58,173 bases of DNA from a virus (lineage: Duplodnaviria > Caudoviricetes): positions 1 to 58,173 of the IMG/VR virus record IMGVR_UViG_3300029818_000003. One strand, written 5' to 3'. Positions within the stretch are counted from its first letter, which is position 1. Every line of letters begins with the position of its first letter. The position numbers and the translations under genes are program-made. The notes under the pieces were generated by a model. It was not told the DNA's origin, ran no database searches, and was given only the letters and a program-made list of their open reading frames with translations. Positions 28,564 to 39,401 of the stretch are shown piece by piece.

Positions 28564-29316
28564 ATGGCTTACTTTTCTGGACAAGGCCGCGTGTTCGTCG
28601 GCAGCCGTGACATCAACGGCAACCCTGCAGGCCTGACCTTCGTCGGCAACGTGCCCGAACTCAAGGTATCGCTGTCGGTGGACACCATCGAGCACCAGGA
28701 GGCCCAGTCGGGTCAGCGCCTGACCGACCTGCAGCTCATCAAGACCAAAAAAGGCGAATTCGCCTGCACGCTGGAAGAGCTGATCGCCATCAATCTGGAA
28801 CTGGCGCTGTACGGCACCACGACCACGGTGACGCCCGGCACCGTGACTGGCGAGATTCTGCCCAATCCGGTCACGCCCGGCAGCCTGTATCCAACGGCAT
28901 TTCAGAACGTGTCTGCTGTGCAGATCCAGGACTCGGATGCCACGCCCAAAACGCTGCCGACCGCCCAGTACAGCGTCAACCCGAAACACGGTTCGGTCGT
29001 GATTCTGGATGCGACCAGCGGCGGCCCCTACACCGAGCCATTCATCCTGGACTACGCTTATGGTGCGGCCAACGTCACGGCGATGTTCACCCAGCCCTTG
29101 CCCGAGCGCTGGATTCGCTTCGAGGGTCTCAACACCGCCGATGGCAACCGTGAAGTGGTAATTGACCTCTACCGCGTGGCCATCAATCCGGCCAAGGAGT
29201 TGTCGATCATCACCGACGAGCTGCTGAAGTTTGAGCTGTCCGGTCAGGTGCTGGCCGATCTCTCCAAGCCAGTCGGCGGTGATCTCGGGCAGTTCGGTCG
29301 CTTGGTGCTGCTGTGA
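28564..29316 (+). CDS. Major tail (tube) protein
   Basis: YFSGQGRVFVG...VGNVPEL; position before the chaperones. Confidence 0.8.
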   Translation: MAYFSGQGRVFVGSRDINGNPAGLTFVGNVPELKVSLSVDTIEHQEAQSGQRLTDLQLIKTKKGEFACTLEELIAINLELALYGTTTTVTPGTVTGEILPNPVTPGSLYPTAFQNVSAVQIQDSDATPKTLPTAQYSVNPKHGSVVILDATSGGPYTEPFILDYAYGAANVTAMFTQPLPERWIRFEGLNTADGNREVVIDLYRVAINPAKELSIITDELLKFELSGQVLADLSKPVGGDLGQFGRLVLL

Positions 29317-29717
29317 TGGACGGCTTCAAGACCTTTCCACCCGCGCCGGTCGTCGTGACGCTGGCGGGCACCGCACTGGAACTGACGCCGATCCGGCTGG
29401 GCGAACTGCCACGCTTTCTGGTGGTCGTGCGGCCGATGGCCGAGGAGCTCGTGGGCGACCCCGACTGGATCGCGCTGCTGGGTCGTCACGGTGAATCCGT
29501 GCTCGATCTGCTGGCGCTCACCACGCGGCGTGAGCGCGCATGGGTCAATGACCTGTCGCTTGAGGACGCCGTGCTGTTGGCCGCCGCCGTGTTCGAGGTG
29601 AACGCGGATTTTTTCGTGGCGCACGTCGTCCCGGCGATTCAAGGCGCAGCCCAACGGCTCGCACCGACGCTGCGCTCTCTGACGAAATCGGATGGGACGC
29701 CGCCGTCGCCCGTCTGA
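29313..29717 (+). CDS. Tail assembly chaperone (G-like)
   Basis: EVNADFF encoded over the slippery heptamer TTTTTTC at 29609. Confidence 0.75.
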   Translation: MMDGFKTFPPAPVVVTLAGTALELTPIRLGELPRFLVVVRPMAEELVGDPDWIALLGRHGESVLDLLALTTRRERAWVNDLSLEDAVLLAAAVFEVNADFFVAHVVPAIQGAAQRLAPTLRSLTKSDGTPPSPV

Positions 29718-29902
29718 TCCGCGCCGGTCACCGCATTGGTGACCTGATGGGCTACACGCTGGCGCAGGCGCAAGCCTTTCTGGATGCCGATGGGCGACTG
29801 GAGCGCCAGCAGCTCGCCCAACTGGTCGGTGTGGTCGCCGTGGCCGCACAGGGGGAGAAGCGCGGCATCGAACAACTGCAACGCGATCTGCTCAAGGACT
29901 AA
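29609..29902 (+). CDS. Tail chaperone T-like extension (-1 frame; in-frame ATG at 29747)
   Basis: The -1 frame is open from the slippery site to TAA 29900-29902 (…MGYTLAQAQAFL…). Confidence 0.65.
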   Translation, partial: FFRGARRPGDSRRSPTARTDAALSDEIGWDAAVARLIRAGHRIGDLMGYTLAQAQAFLDADGRLERQQLAQLVGVVAVAAQGEKRGIEQLQRDLLKD

Positions 29903-29905
29903 AAC

Positions 29906-30547
29906 GTGCGACTAACACTCACCACTACCGGCTTGCTCGACCCGCGCCAGTTGTCGGCGTGGAGTGCCGAGCGGCAGCGCGCCATTCACGCCGCCGTGGC
30001 CAAGGGCATGCAATCAGGCGGACGCGAGGTACGCGACGCCGCACGCGCCGAGATGCGCAGCGCTTTCACGGTGAAGCGCAACAGCTTCGTGTCCTCAATG
30101 GGCGTCAAGGTGTTCGATAAGAAGCCCGAACAACTGCCCGCATTGCGGGTGGGCAGCAAGATCCCTTGGCTGGGCCTGCATGAGAAAGGCGGCAGCGTGT
30201 CCGGCAACTTGCTGATCCCGTTGCTACCCGGACGGATCGGGCCAAAACGCTTTCGGCAGATCGTCGACAGTCTGATGCGCTCGGGCAATGCCTACTTCAT
30301 CAAGAAGAACGGACGGGTGCTGCTGATGGCGGAAAACATCAAGGAAAACGGCTCCCAACTCACGCGATTCAAGCGTGCCGAGCGTGGGCGCACCGGTGCC
30401 AAGCAGATCAAACGTGGCCAGGAGATTCCCATTGCTGTGCTGGTCAAGCGCGTTGATCTCAAGCGCCGACTGAATCTGGTCGGTGGCGTACAGCGCGCCT
30501 TGCCCGCATTGGCGCAAGCGATTCAAAAAGAACTGGAAAAAGTCTGA
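29906..30547 (+). CDS. DUF6441-like basic minor tail/neck protein
   Basis: Basic 213 aa ORF coupled to the tape measure gene. Confidence 0.65.
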   Translation: MRLTLTTTGLLDPRQLSAWSAERQRAIHAAVAKGMQSGGREVRDAARAEMRSAFTVKRNSFVSSMGVKVFDKKPEQLPALRVGSKIPWLGLHEKGGSVSGNLLIPLLPGRIGPKRFRQIVDSLMRSGNAYFIKKNGRVLLMAENIKENGSQLTRFKRAERGRTGAKQIKRGQEIPIAVLVKRVDLKRRLNLVGGVQRALPALAQAIQKELEKV

Positions 30548-33252
30548 TGGCAAACAACCGCGCGCAAATCCTGATCAGTGCCGTCGACCAGACCAAGACC
30601 GCCTTCGACTCGATCAAGCGCGGCTTGGGTGGCCTCACCGACACCGCCAAGAGCGTCAACGGCGTGCTGGCCAACCTTGGTGTAGCCGTGTCAGTGGCAG
30701 GTCTGACCGCAATGGTCAAATCGGCCATCGACACCGGCGACGCGCTGAACAAGTTGTCACAGCGCGTCGGCATCACGGTCGAGTCGCTATCGACGCTGAT
30801 TCCGACTGCGGAGTTGTCTGGTCTCACGTCAGAGAAATTTGAAACCGGCCTCAAGAAACTCGCCACCGCGATGTTTGAGGCGGCAACTGGGTCCGACGAG
30901 TCTGCTCAACGTTTCGCGGCGCTCGGGATCGAATTCAAGAACCAGGACGGCACATTGCGCGCGACTGATCAGGTGCTGCTGGATCTGGCTGACCGTTTCA
31001 AGGCAATGCCGGACGGCGCGGAGAAATCCGCCTTGGCAGTTCAGATCTTCGGCAAATCTGGCGCGGAGATGATCCCCTTCTTGAACCAAGGGAGGGAAGG
31101 AGTCGAGTCGCTCGCAGGTGAGATGGCTACCTTGGGTGTGCAGATGGGAGCCGATACCGCTGCGCAAGCAGAGGTATTCAATGACTCCCTCGACAAATTG
31201 CATTTGGCCACCACCAGCATCGGCAACCAGATCATTGCGTCCTTGCTGCCCGCACTGAACGATATGGCGGGCGGTATGGTCGAGTCGGCGAAGCAAGGCG
31301 GCACGCTGCGGACGATTCTGGATGGCGTGGTGCTGGTGCTCAAAACCCTGGCATTGGGCGCTGCCACCGTCGGCAAGGCCTTCGTGGCACTGGGCGAGGC
31401 CATCGGCGCGGGTGTCGCTGCTGCTGTGGAAGCCCTCAAGGGCAATACCGACGGGGCGAAGGCCATCATTGCCGATCTCAAGGGTAATCTCGTCAAACGG
31501 CTGGATGAGCTGGCGTCGTTCCGCGACAGCCTGTTCGATCCCAAGCCCATCGAGGTCAAGGCTCCGAAAATCCAGGCCGACCCGGAACTGCTGCAACGGC
31601 TGACCAAGCCCAAGACGGCCAAGGCAGCGCAGGACACTACCGGTGCACAAACCGCGCTGATGAAGGCGCAGCTCGATGCCGAATTCACGCTGCTCAAGGA
31701 TGGATTGACGCGTCAGCAGACGGCGCTGGATGCCGCTCTCGAAGACCGACTGGTTTCGGCGCGCAGCTACTACGCGCAAAAAACGGCCCTCGAGCAGCAC
31801 GAGATTGATGCCGAGATCGCGCGCAAGCAAAGCGAACTGTCCCGCAGTCAGCAGATCGCCACCACCGGCAAGACGGAGAACGACCGCCTGCGCGCCAAGG
31901 CCGAGGTGGCCAAGGTGGAAACCGATCTGATCACGCTCAACAACCGGCGCGCCGACATTGAGCAGGCCAATGCCCGCAAGGCGGCGCAGGCCGAACGTGA
32001 ACTGACTGATGCACTGGCGCAGGCACGTGAAGAACTGGCGCAGATCACCGGCACGGCCACGGATGCCGACCGGCAAGCCGCCATCGAACGAAGCTACCGT
32101 GACCTCAAGGCGCGACTGTTGGCCGAGAACGACGCGCAAGGCGTCTCGCTGGTCGACCGACTCATCGACGTGAAGGCGGCGCAAGCCAACCTTTCAGCGC
32201 TGGAAGCGCAGTGGCGACAGGTCACCGAACGGATGCGCAATGCGCAGGAAGCGATCCAGACCCAGCAGCAGGCCGGGCTGCTGACCGAGTCGCAGGCGAG
32301 AACGCAGATCGTGGCGCTGCAACAGCAATCGGCCACCGAGATGGAGCGCCTGCTGCCGACAATGCAACAGGCCGCGCAGGCCATCGGCCCGGATGCGGTG
32401 ATCCGTGTGCAAGCCTGGGGCAATGAACTGGCGCGCACCAGGCTCGTCGTTGATGAGATGGCCCCGCTTTGGAATCGCATCGGCGAAAGTTTCGGCGGTG
32501 CGCTCAACGGAATGATCACCGGCGCGCAGACCTGGCGCAGCGCCATGTCCACACTCTTTCAGCAGGTAGCCGATGCCTTCCTGCAGCAGATCGTTATCCA
32601 GCCGTTCCAGCAGTGGATCGCCATGCAGGCCCGGATGCTGGCGCTCAAACTCGGCTTCATCCAGCAAGAACAGGTAGCAGACGCCGCCGCCGGTGCGGCG
32701 ACGGTCGCACAGAAGTCTGCCGAGACCACCACGGTGGTATCGATGAACGCGGCCAAAGCAGGTTCGGGCGCTGCCGCCTCTCAGGCATCCATCCCCTATG
32801 TCGGCCCGGTGCTCGCCATTGCCGCAATGGTGGCGATGGTGGCTGCCGTGTCAGCGCTGTTGGGCGGCATCAAGAAGTTCGCTACCGGTGGTCTGGTCTC
32901 CGGCCCGGGTAGTGCAACGTCCGACTCGATCCCGGCGCGCCTGTCAGCAGGCGAATACATCGTGCGCGCCGCTGCTGTGCGTCAGGTCGGCGTGGCCTTC
33001 CTCGATTCGATCAATGGTCTGTCCGTTGGGCCACGTTTTCGGGGTGGCGAGCTGGCCTTCGCTGCTGGCGGTTTGGTGCCCGAAGTGCGGGTGCCACCGG
33101 CACAGCCGCAGGTCAATCAATCGGTGCGCATCGTCAATGCCATTGACCCGGGCGTCACCCACGACCACCTGCAGTCGCCTGCCGGAGAAAAAGTCATTGT
33201 CAACATCATCGGGCGCAATTCGCGGGCCATCCGCGCAGCGCTGCAGGGCTAG
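30547..33252 (+). CDS. Tail tape measure protein
   Basis: Ala/Gln-rich helical 901 aa; FATGG...GPGSATSDSIPARLSAGE. Confidence 0.92.
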   Translation: MANNRAQILISAVDQTKTAFDSIKRGLGGLTDTAKSVNGVLANLGVAVSVAGLTAMVKSAIDTGDALNKLSQRVGITVESLSTLIPTAELSGLTSEKFETGLKKLATAMFEAATGSDESAQRFAALGIEFKNQDGTLRATDQVLLDLADRFKAMPDGAEKSALAVQIFGKSGAEMIPFLNQGREGVESLAGEMATLGVQMGADTAAQAEVFNDSLDKLHLATTSIGNQIIASLLPALNDMAGGMVESAKQGGTLRTILDGVVLVLKTLALGAATVGKAFVALGEAIGAGVAAAVEALKGNTDGAKAIIADLKGNLVKRLDELASFRDSLFDPKPIEVKAPKIQADPELLQRLTKPKTAKAAQDTTGAQTALMKAQLDAEFTLLKDGLTRQQTALDAALEDRLVSARSYYAQKTALEQHEIDAEIARKQSELSRSQQIATTGKTENDRLRAKAEVAKVETDLITLNNRRADIEQANARKAAQAERELTDALAQAREELAQITGTATDADRQAAIERSYRDLKARLLAENDAQGVSLVDRLIDVKAAQANLSALEAQWRQVTERMRNAQEAIQTQQQAGLLTESQARTQIVALQQQSATEMERLLPTMQQAAQAIGPDAVIRVQAWGNELARTRLVVDEMAPLWNRIGESFGGALNGMITGAQTWRSAMSTLFQQVADAFLQQIVIQPFQQWIAMQARMLALKLGFIQQEQVADAAAGAATVAQKSAETTTVVSMNAAKAGSGAAASQASIPYVGPVLAIAAMVAMVAAVSALLGGIKKFATGGLVSGPGSATSDSIPARLSAGEYIVRAAAVRQVGVAFLDSINGLSVGPRFRGGELAFAAGGLVPEVRVPPAQPQVNQSVRIVNAIDPGVTHDHLQSPAGEKVIVNIIGRNSRAIRAALQG

Positions 33253-33270
33253 TTTTCAGGGGAAAGTCTC

Positions 33271-34329
33271 ATGGCATTACTGTTCATCGACGGATTCGAT
33301 CACTACGACCCACAAGCCGTGGACGCCTTTGGCGATCCGTGGCTGGCGCGCGGCAAAGCGGCGTATCTCTCGCCACAGGCCACCCGCATCAATGGTCGTC
33401 GTCCGTCCTCCTACGCACTGCGTCTGCCGGAAGGATCGGGCGGCGGCTACGTCAAGAACCTCGACGCCACCAAAACCAGCCTGATTGTGGGCGCGGCCGT
33501 GCGGGTGGTGCCGTTTCAGAACACTGGAGTCGAACCGCTGCTGATCGGCGTGCGCGATGCTAATTCGCAGATCGCCCACCTCGTCAAGATCGGTGAGGAC
33601 GGACGGCTGAAACTCTACCGCTGGCAGTACGGCTACGACCAGCTAATCTCGACCTCGGTGGCCACGGCCCCGGCGCGCGGCTGGCACTACGTCGAACTAC
33701 AGGTCACGCAAGGCACCAGTAACGGGGTGCTGTCGGTACGCATCAACGGCATCCTGGCGATCCAGATGGCCGCGCAAAACACCATTCAAGGTGGTGGCCA
33801 ACTGCTTACCGCCTTTGTTGGTGCGGTTCCCGGCCAGAGCTGTCCGCTGACGCTGGATGTTGATGACTTCTACATCGCCGACACCACGGGCACGATCAAC
33901 AACACCTTTCTTGGTGATGTGCGCGTCGATGTTTTGCAAGCGCAGGCCGATGGCAGTTTGAACCAGTGGACAGCCAGTCCCGTCGGTACCGCCGCGTGGG
34001 AGTCGGTCAGCGATGAGGACGAGTCCACCGCCATCAGCGCGGCAAGCAGCGGTTTGCGCCAGTCCTTCGACGTGATGCCTCTGCCGGTGATGGCCACACC
34101 CGCCATCTACGGCGTGCAACTGACGATGCTCGCCCGCAAGACCGACGCCGGACTGGGCAAGGTGAAAGGGCTCGTGGTCAGTGGTGCGCAGACCGCAACC
34201 AGTGCCGACATCATCTTGCAGGAACAACTGGCGTGGCAGAGCACGCTGTTCGAGCGCAATCCCAATGGCAGCGTGCAGTGGACGGAGGCCGCCTTCAATG
34301 CGGCCGAGTTTGGGGTGGAGTCGGCATGA
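33271..34329 (+). CDS. Tail-associated protein, beta-sandwich/lectin-like
   Basis: LLFIDGFD, WHYVEL, VDDFYI, FLGDVRV; follows the tape measure gene. Confidence 0.65.
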   Translation: MALLFIDGFDHYDPQAVDAFGDPWLARGKAAYLSPQATRINGRRPSSYALRLPEGSGGGYVKNLDATKTSLIVGAAVRVVPFQNTGVEPLLIGVRDANSQIAHLVKIGEDGRLKLYRWQYGYDQLISTSVATAPARGWHYVELQVTQGTSNGVLSVRINGILAIQMAAQNTIQGGGQLLTAFVGAVPGQSCPLTLDVDDFYIADTTGTINNTFLGDVRVDVLQAQADGSLNQWTASPVGTAAWESVSDEDESTAISAASSGLRQSFDVMPLPVMATPAIYGVQLTMLARKTDAGLGKVKGLVVSGAQTATSADIILQEQLAWQSTLFERNPNGSVQWTEAAFNAAEFGVESA

Positions 34330-35906
34330 CGGATCGCGTTGTCGACCGCGAAGTCGCGGAGGTTTCCAGCAAGCCCGCGCCCGGGGCCGCACTGCCGGTT
34401 TTTCAAGGTGAGGTGCTGTCTCGCGCATCGTTCGGGGCAGGTGCAGCCATTTTGCAGGTGGAAACATCGACAGCGCCTCAGCCCCCCAATCTGGCAGCCG
34501 TCTGGCTGGCCGAGTCACTGGCGCAGCCGTGGCCGCCCATCGATGCGCCGACCTTTCTGGTCGAGGTGCTGCGACGGGATACTGCCGCAAGCGGCATCGT
34601 CGCGACCGGCATGGATGCGTTTGGCGACCAGCCCTGGCCAACCGCCCAACGCGGCGTGTTCGCCTTTCGCCACGATTGGATGGAGCCACTCGTGGAGCGA
34701 CTCGAATGGCAAACCAGCGTAGTGCGACTGGCCAGTGGCAACGAATCGCGTCAGGCCCTACGTCGCGTGCCCCGGAGATTGGTCTCGTACCGGATAGGAA
34801 ACGCCCGTCAGACCGATGCACTTGTCGCCGACTGGGTGGCCGACCATTTTGGAAAATCCGCGCTGTGGCCGCTGCCACAGTACGCTGTTCATTTGACCCA
34901 AGCCGCCGAACGTGGCGCGCTGGCGCTCGAAGTGACAGATGCTGACTGGCGTAATTTCGGGCCATCTGCAGCGGAACTGCAACTGTCCTACGACGGCTTG
35001 CAGGGCTGGCAAGGCGAAGATCGATGGGTGGTGATTTGGGCTGCCGATGGCTGGCAAGTGTCGCAACTGACCGACGTCGAAAGTGATCTGTTGTGGCTGA
35101 GCGAACCACTGGCACGCGCCGTTGCAGCAGGGGCATCCGTGATGCCGCTGCTGTGGGGAACCACTGTCGATCCGGCAGCATTGACCCAGTGGGTGCCGGG
35201 CATGGTCGGCGGAAGCGCTACGGCCAACATCGAGCCTGCAGAAACTCCGGACATGGATGCGGTCGACGACCCGTGGCTCGACGAGATCGCGGTCTGGCCG
35301 GATGGAAACTGGCGCGACGATCCCACGGCAAATATGGCGGGCGTCATCGCGCGCCAGGACTTTTCTCCGGCAGATCCTTGGATTCGCCGGGACGACCCGT
35401 GGCCGGTGGGTACCTTCCAGCGGCGCTATCTGGCCAGCAATCTTGATGAGATCGAGGTTTGGCGTGGGCGGCTGTGGCGTACCCAAGGTCGGCTGGAAGC
35501 CTTCTGGCTGCCCGATGGTTTGGCTCCAGTGTTGTGGGTCGCCAGCGAAGCTTCGCCTGACGATGGCTATTTGCGCCTAAGTGGTGGAGTTAGCGGTAAC
35601 GACGTGTCGGCCTTCTGGCATCGACCCGCTGCCTGCGTGATTGCTCATCCAGACGGTTATCGGCAATACGCGCTGACCTCGACTTGCCATTTTGATCAAG
35701 GCGGCGTGCTGGTTTTGCGCTCCGGCATCGATGAATTTGTGCCTGCGGGTAGTGGGGTGTTTCGCCTCGTGCGCTGCCGTCTCGACCACGACGCCATCGA
35801 TTTGTACTGGCACAGCCCGCAGCTCATGGAAATCACGCTGACCGCGCGCCAGTTGCCTGAACCGCGTGGCAATGACCGAGAAACCTATGGGGAGTACGCC
35901 GCATGA
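34326..35906 (+). CDS. Distal-tail-like protein
   Basis: VERLEWQT...ESRQALR..PRR; GRLEAFWLP. Confidence 0.65.
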   Translation: MTDRVVDREVAEVSSKPAPGAALPVFQGEVLSRASFGAGAAILQVETSTAPQPPNLAAVWLAESLAQPWPPIDAPTFLVEVLRRDTAASGIVATGMDAFGDQPWPTAQRGVFAFRHDWMEPLVERLEWQTSVVRLASGNESRQALRRVPRRLVSYRIGNARQTDALVADWVADHFGKSALWPLPQYAVHLTQAAERGALALEVTDADWRNFGPSAAELQLSYDGLQGWQGEDRWVVIWAADGWQVSQLTDVESDLLWLSEPLARAVAAGASVMPLLWGTTVDPAALTQWVPGMVGGSATANIEPAETPDMDAVDDPWLDEIAVWPDGNWRDDPTANMAGVIARQDFSPADPWIRRDDPWPVGTFQRRYLASNLDEIEVWRGRLWRTQGRLEAFWLPDGLAPVLWVASEASPDDGYLRLSGGVSGNDVSAFWHRPAACVIAHPDGYRQYALTSTCHFDQGGVLVLRSGIDEFVPAGSGVFRLVRCRLDHDAIDLYWHSPQLMEITLTARQLPEPRGNDRETYGEYAA

Positions 35907-36691
35907 GCAATCAGCCAATGATGGAAGTCGAGCTGTACGCTTTTACTAGTGCCAGCGGCCAGTTCCTGCTGACGCCGCACGAATTCGACGTCGACCTCGA
36001 TGGCAATCTGTACGCGAGCCTATCCATCGAACGCAACGAACTGGCGCTGGGTGCCGAAGCGGCCAAGTCGGCGCTGGAGCTTAAACTGCCACCCGACTGC
36101 GATCTTGTGCGTCATCTGCTCGCCACCTCTCTGACTGGGGAAACCACCTCGATCACCTTGCGGATCGGACGGCGCGACACCTGGAGTGACTACTGGTGGC
36201 TGTCGGGCACACGCTGGATGGGTCGGGTGCTGGGCGTCGAGATCGCCGAGGATGCTGCACGTATTCGCTGTGAAAGCGCGCAGGTCAGTCTCAAACGAAT
36301 CGGCCTGCGTCGGCTCTACAGCCGCAGATGCTCGCACGTCCTGTATTCGAGCGCCTGCGGTGCATCGCAGATTTCTGCCAGCGCCTTCGTGGTCAACACT
36401 AATGGCCGCAACGTGGAACTCGACGGCGGCGTTCCAGCCAGTGTGAGTGGTGGCATAGCCGGAGGCTGGCTGCAGACGCCGGAAGGCGCTCGCCACATGA
36501 TCGTCAGCGACTTCGGCAGCGGCGTGGAGTTGCTCTATCCCGTTGCCATCGAACCGGGCACCGAGGTGCAACTGACGGTCGGGTGCGATCACAGCACATC
36601 CACCTGTGAGTCGCGCTTTGGCAACCTCGACAACTACGGCGGCTTCCCCGCCATTCCAAGCAAGAACCCGTTCTCTACGGGCGTTTTCTGA
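35903..36691 (+). CDS. BR0599/DUF2163-family tail hub protein
   Basis: CSHVLYSSAC and GCDHSTSTCESRFGNLDNYGGFPAIP. Confidence 0.88.
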   Translation: MSNQPMMEVELYAFTSASGQFLLTPHEFDVDLDGNLYASLSIERNELALGAEAAKSALELKLPPDCDLVRHLLATSLTGETTSITLRIGRRDTWSDYWWLSGTRWMGRVLGVEIAEDAARIRCESAQVSLKRIGLRRLYSRRCSHVLYSSACGASQISASAFVVNTNGRNVELDGGVPASVSGGIAGGWLQTPEGARHMIVSDFGSGVELLYPVAIEPGTEVQLTVGCDHSTSTCESRFGNLDNYGGFPAIPSKNPFSTGVF

Positions 36692-36700
36692 GGGCTGGCA

Positions 36701-36928
36701 ATGTGGTATCTCGTCGTCATCATCGTCGCTGCGCTCGTTTCTGTCGCGCTCGCGCCCAAACCACCGGAACCCAAACCTGCGTCGCTCTCTGACATCGATG
36801 CCCCCACCGCAGAAGAAGGCCGACCAATTCCCGTTGTATTCGGAACGGTGCTGCTACGCGGAGCCAACGTCGTCTGGTATGGCGATCTGGAAGCCGACCC
36901 GATCAAGAAGAAAGGCGGCAAGAAATGA
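36701..36928 (+). CDS. Small tail assembly protein
   Basis: PTAEEGRPIPVVFGT. Confidence 0.8.
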   Translation: MWYLVVIIVAALVSVALAPKPPEPKPASLSDIDAPTAEEGRPIPVVFGTVLLRGANVVWYGDLEADPIKKKGGKK

Positions 36929-37128
36929 GCACTGAAACTGTCATCACCATCGATCACGTGCGTGCCGTCGGCCTTTGTGTGAACGGCACGCGCACGTGGT
37001 TCGCGCGTCACGATCTTGATTTCCGCGCTTTTCTGCGCGAAGGCCTTGATGCCGACACCTTGCTGGCCACCGGCGACGCAATGGCCCAGCGCGTGGTTGA
37101 ACACGCCCGCCAGCAGGAGCAAGACTGA
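36925..37128 (+). CDS. Small tail-region protein
   Basis: CVNGTRTWFARHDLDF; coupled to both neighbours. Confidence 0.75.
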   Translation: MSTETVITIDHVRAVGLCVNGTRTWFARHDLDFRAFLREGLDADTLLATGDAMAQRVVEHARQQEQD

Positions 37129-39401
37129 TGGGTGGCAGCAGCAAATCCCAGACAGTCGGCTACCGCTACCGCATGGGGCTGCATCTGGCTTTATGTCAGG
37201 GGCCGGTCGATGCCGTGCAGGAAATCCAGATGGGTGACCGTACCGCGTGGGGCGATGCTGACCGAGGCATCCTGTCCATCGGGCACGGTCTGACCAGCAT
37301 CAGCATCAACAAGCCCGATCTTTTTGGTGGCGATTCACACGAGGGCGGCGTGGTCGGAAATATCGACGTGCTCGCAGGTGGTGCGGGCCAAGGGCGCAAC
37401 GACTACCTGATGAGCCGACTGGGCAGCGCCATCCCGGCATTCAGGGGTGTGCTGTCGTTGGTTGCCCGCAAAATTTTGTTCGCGGCCAATAACCCGTACA
37501 TCAAACCGTGGGCGGTGCGCGTCCGCCGCTTTACTGCTGGCTGGCATGGGCAAGCGTGGATGGAGTGGAACGCCGAGGTGCGTGTCTGGGATGACGACGA
37601 AGGCCAGGAGATCAGCGTGGGCATGAACCCGGCCCACATCCTGGTGCAGTGCCTCACCGACCCGCACTGGGGCATGGGCTATCCGCAAGACTCCATCGGT
37701 TGGAGTTTTTGGAACGTGGCGTCGGCACTGTCGAGCGAGGGCTTCGGCCTCAATCTGGTCTGGACCCGCCAGCAGTCCATAGAGAGCTTCATCGGTCAGG
37801 TAATCGACCACATCGGCGGCATCCTCTACACCGATCCCGAGCAAGGCACCTTCGAGCTCAAGTTGCTGCGCGACGATTACTGGATCGATAGCCTGCCGAA
37901 GTTGGGCCCCGACGAGATCGTGCGTCTCGAACGCTTTGAACGTGCCCAATGGGGCGAGCTGCCCAACGAATTGACCGTGATCTACTCGGACTGGCAAACC
38001 GGCGGGGACACCACCGTCACGGTGGAGAACCTCGCCGCCATTCAGTTGCAGGGCGGCGTGATCAACCAGCGCCGTGACTATCCTGGCGTCAACTACGGGC
38101 CACTGGCCGCGCGGCTGGCTTTGCGCGATCTGCGGGCATTGGGTTCCCCTTTAGCCCGGCTCAGTCTGACGGTGGCACGCGAAACACTGGAGCGCCCACC
38201 GCTGCCGGGCGATGTATTTCTGCTGAATTGGCCTCGCTTGAGCATCGATCAGATGGTGGTGCGCGTGACTGGCATCGACACCGGCAAGCTGGGCGCTGCC
38301 GAGTGGCGTATCGAGGCCATCGAGGACGTTTTCGGCATGAGCAACACCGTGCTGTCGTCACCGCCGCCACGCATCGAGGAACCCACCATTGCGCCGCTGC
38401 CGCCAGCGTTGGTACTCGCCGTCGAAATTCCGTACTGGGAACTGTCGCGGAGGATGTCCCGTGCGGATCTGGCCTATCTGACCGACACGGACACCTATCT
38501 CGCCGCACTGGCGGCTGCAGGCGGCACCGGGCAGCTGAACTGGCAACTGGCCATCGGCGCATCAAGTGGCGACATCGCCGCCGTCGTGGGCGAGGACTAT
38601 GCACCGTTGCTGACACTCGACGCGGCCTTGCCTGCGACCGAGTCTGATGCTGTAGCAGTGCCGGTGACCGCCGTCAGCCAACCAGAACGACTTGCCGTTG
38701 GCAACTACGCCTATCTGGTGGATGCCAGCGGAGCACTGCGAGAAGCCGTGACAATCCTGACCTTCGACACGGGCAACGCGACCATTAATTTGGCGCGAGG
38801 CGTACTCGACACCACGCCGCAGTCACACGCGCTTGGAACACGCCTGATCGGCGTCGGTGATTGGCTGGCATCGGAAAGCGCCGAGCGCGCGCCCGGTGAG
38901 TCGGTGTTTGTGGGAGCGATTCCGCGCACCTCGACTGATCAAGGCGACGCGGTTCTAGCCAGCAATGGCCAGCCCATCGTTCTGGTCGGTCGGCAGGCGC
39001 TGCCGTATCCCCCGGGGCGCATCCGAATCAGTGACGACATTGATCCAGCAACAGTTTCGGGCGACATCACCTTGGCGTGGGCCCATCGCGACCGCACGCA
39101 GCAAACCGCCTACCTCGTGCAACAAAACGAGGGCGATATCGGGCCGGAGTTGGGCGTGAGCTACACCGTGCGCATCCTCAATCGGGACGGCAGCGCGGTG
39201 CACACCGAAACAAGTCTGATCGGCACCACCTTCAGCTGGAGCACAGCGGTTGCCGCCGCTGAGGCCGGTGCGCTGGGAGACCGCATCACGGTGGAGATCA
39301 GCGCCGAACGCGATGGATTGAGCAATTGGCAGCCACAGGTACGCGTCATGGATCGGACAGGTTACGGCCTGCGCTGGGGCCAGTATTGGGGAGGTGTTTG
39401 A
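37128..39401 (+). CDS. Tail tip / central host-specificity protein
   Basis: PAFRG, NNPYIKP, MNPAHI, RGVLDT. Confidence 0.85.
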   Translation: MGGSSKSQTVGYRYRMGLHLALCQGPVDAVQEIQMGDRTAWGDADRGILSIGHGLTSISINKPDLFGGDSHEGGVVGNIDVLAGGAGQGRNDYLMSRLGSAIPAFRGVLSLVARKILFAANNPYIKPWAVRVRRFTAGWHGQAWMEWNAEVRVWDDDEGQEISVGMNPAHILVQCLTDPHWGMGYPQDSIGWSFWNVASALSSEGFGLNLVWTRQQSIESFIGQVIDHIGGILYTDPEQGTFELKLLRDDYWIDSLPKLGPDEIVRLERFERAQWGELPNELTVIYSDWQTGGDTTVTVENLAAIQLQGGVINQRRDYPGVNYGPLAARLALRDLRALGSPLARLSLTVARETLERPPLPGDVFLLNWPRLSIDQMVVRVTGIDTGKLGAAEWRIEAIEDVFGMSNTVLSSPPPRIEEPTIAPLPPALVLAVEIPYWELSRRMSRADLAYLTDTDTYLAALAAAGGTGQLNWQLAIGASSGDIAAVVGEDYAPLLTLDAALPATESDAVAVPVTAVSQPERLAVGNYAYLVDASGALREAVTILTFDTGNATINLARGVLDTTPQSHALGTRLIGVGDWLASESAERAPGESVFVGAIPRTSTDQGDAVLASNGQPIVLVGRQALPYPPGRIRISDDIDPATVSGDITLAWAHRDRTQQTAYLVQQNEGDIGPELGVSYTVRILNRDGSAVHTETSLIGTTFSWSTAVAAAEAGALGDRITVEISAERDGLSNWQPQVRVMDRTGYGLRWGQYWGGV

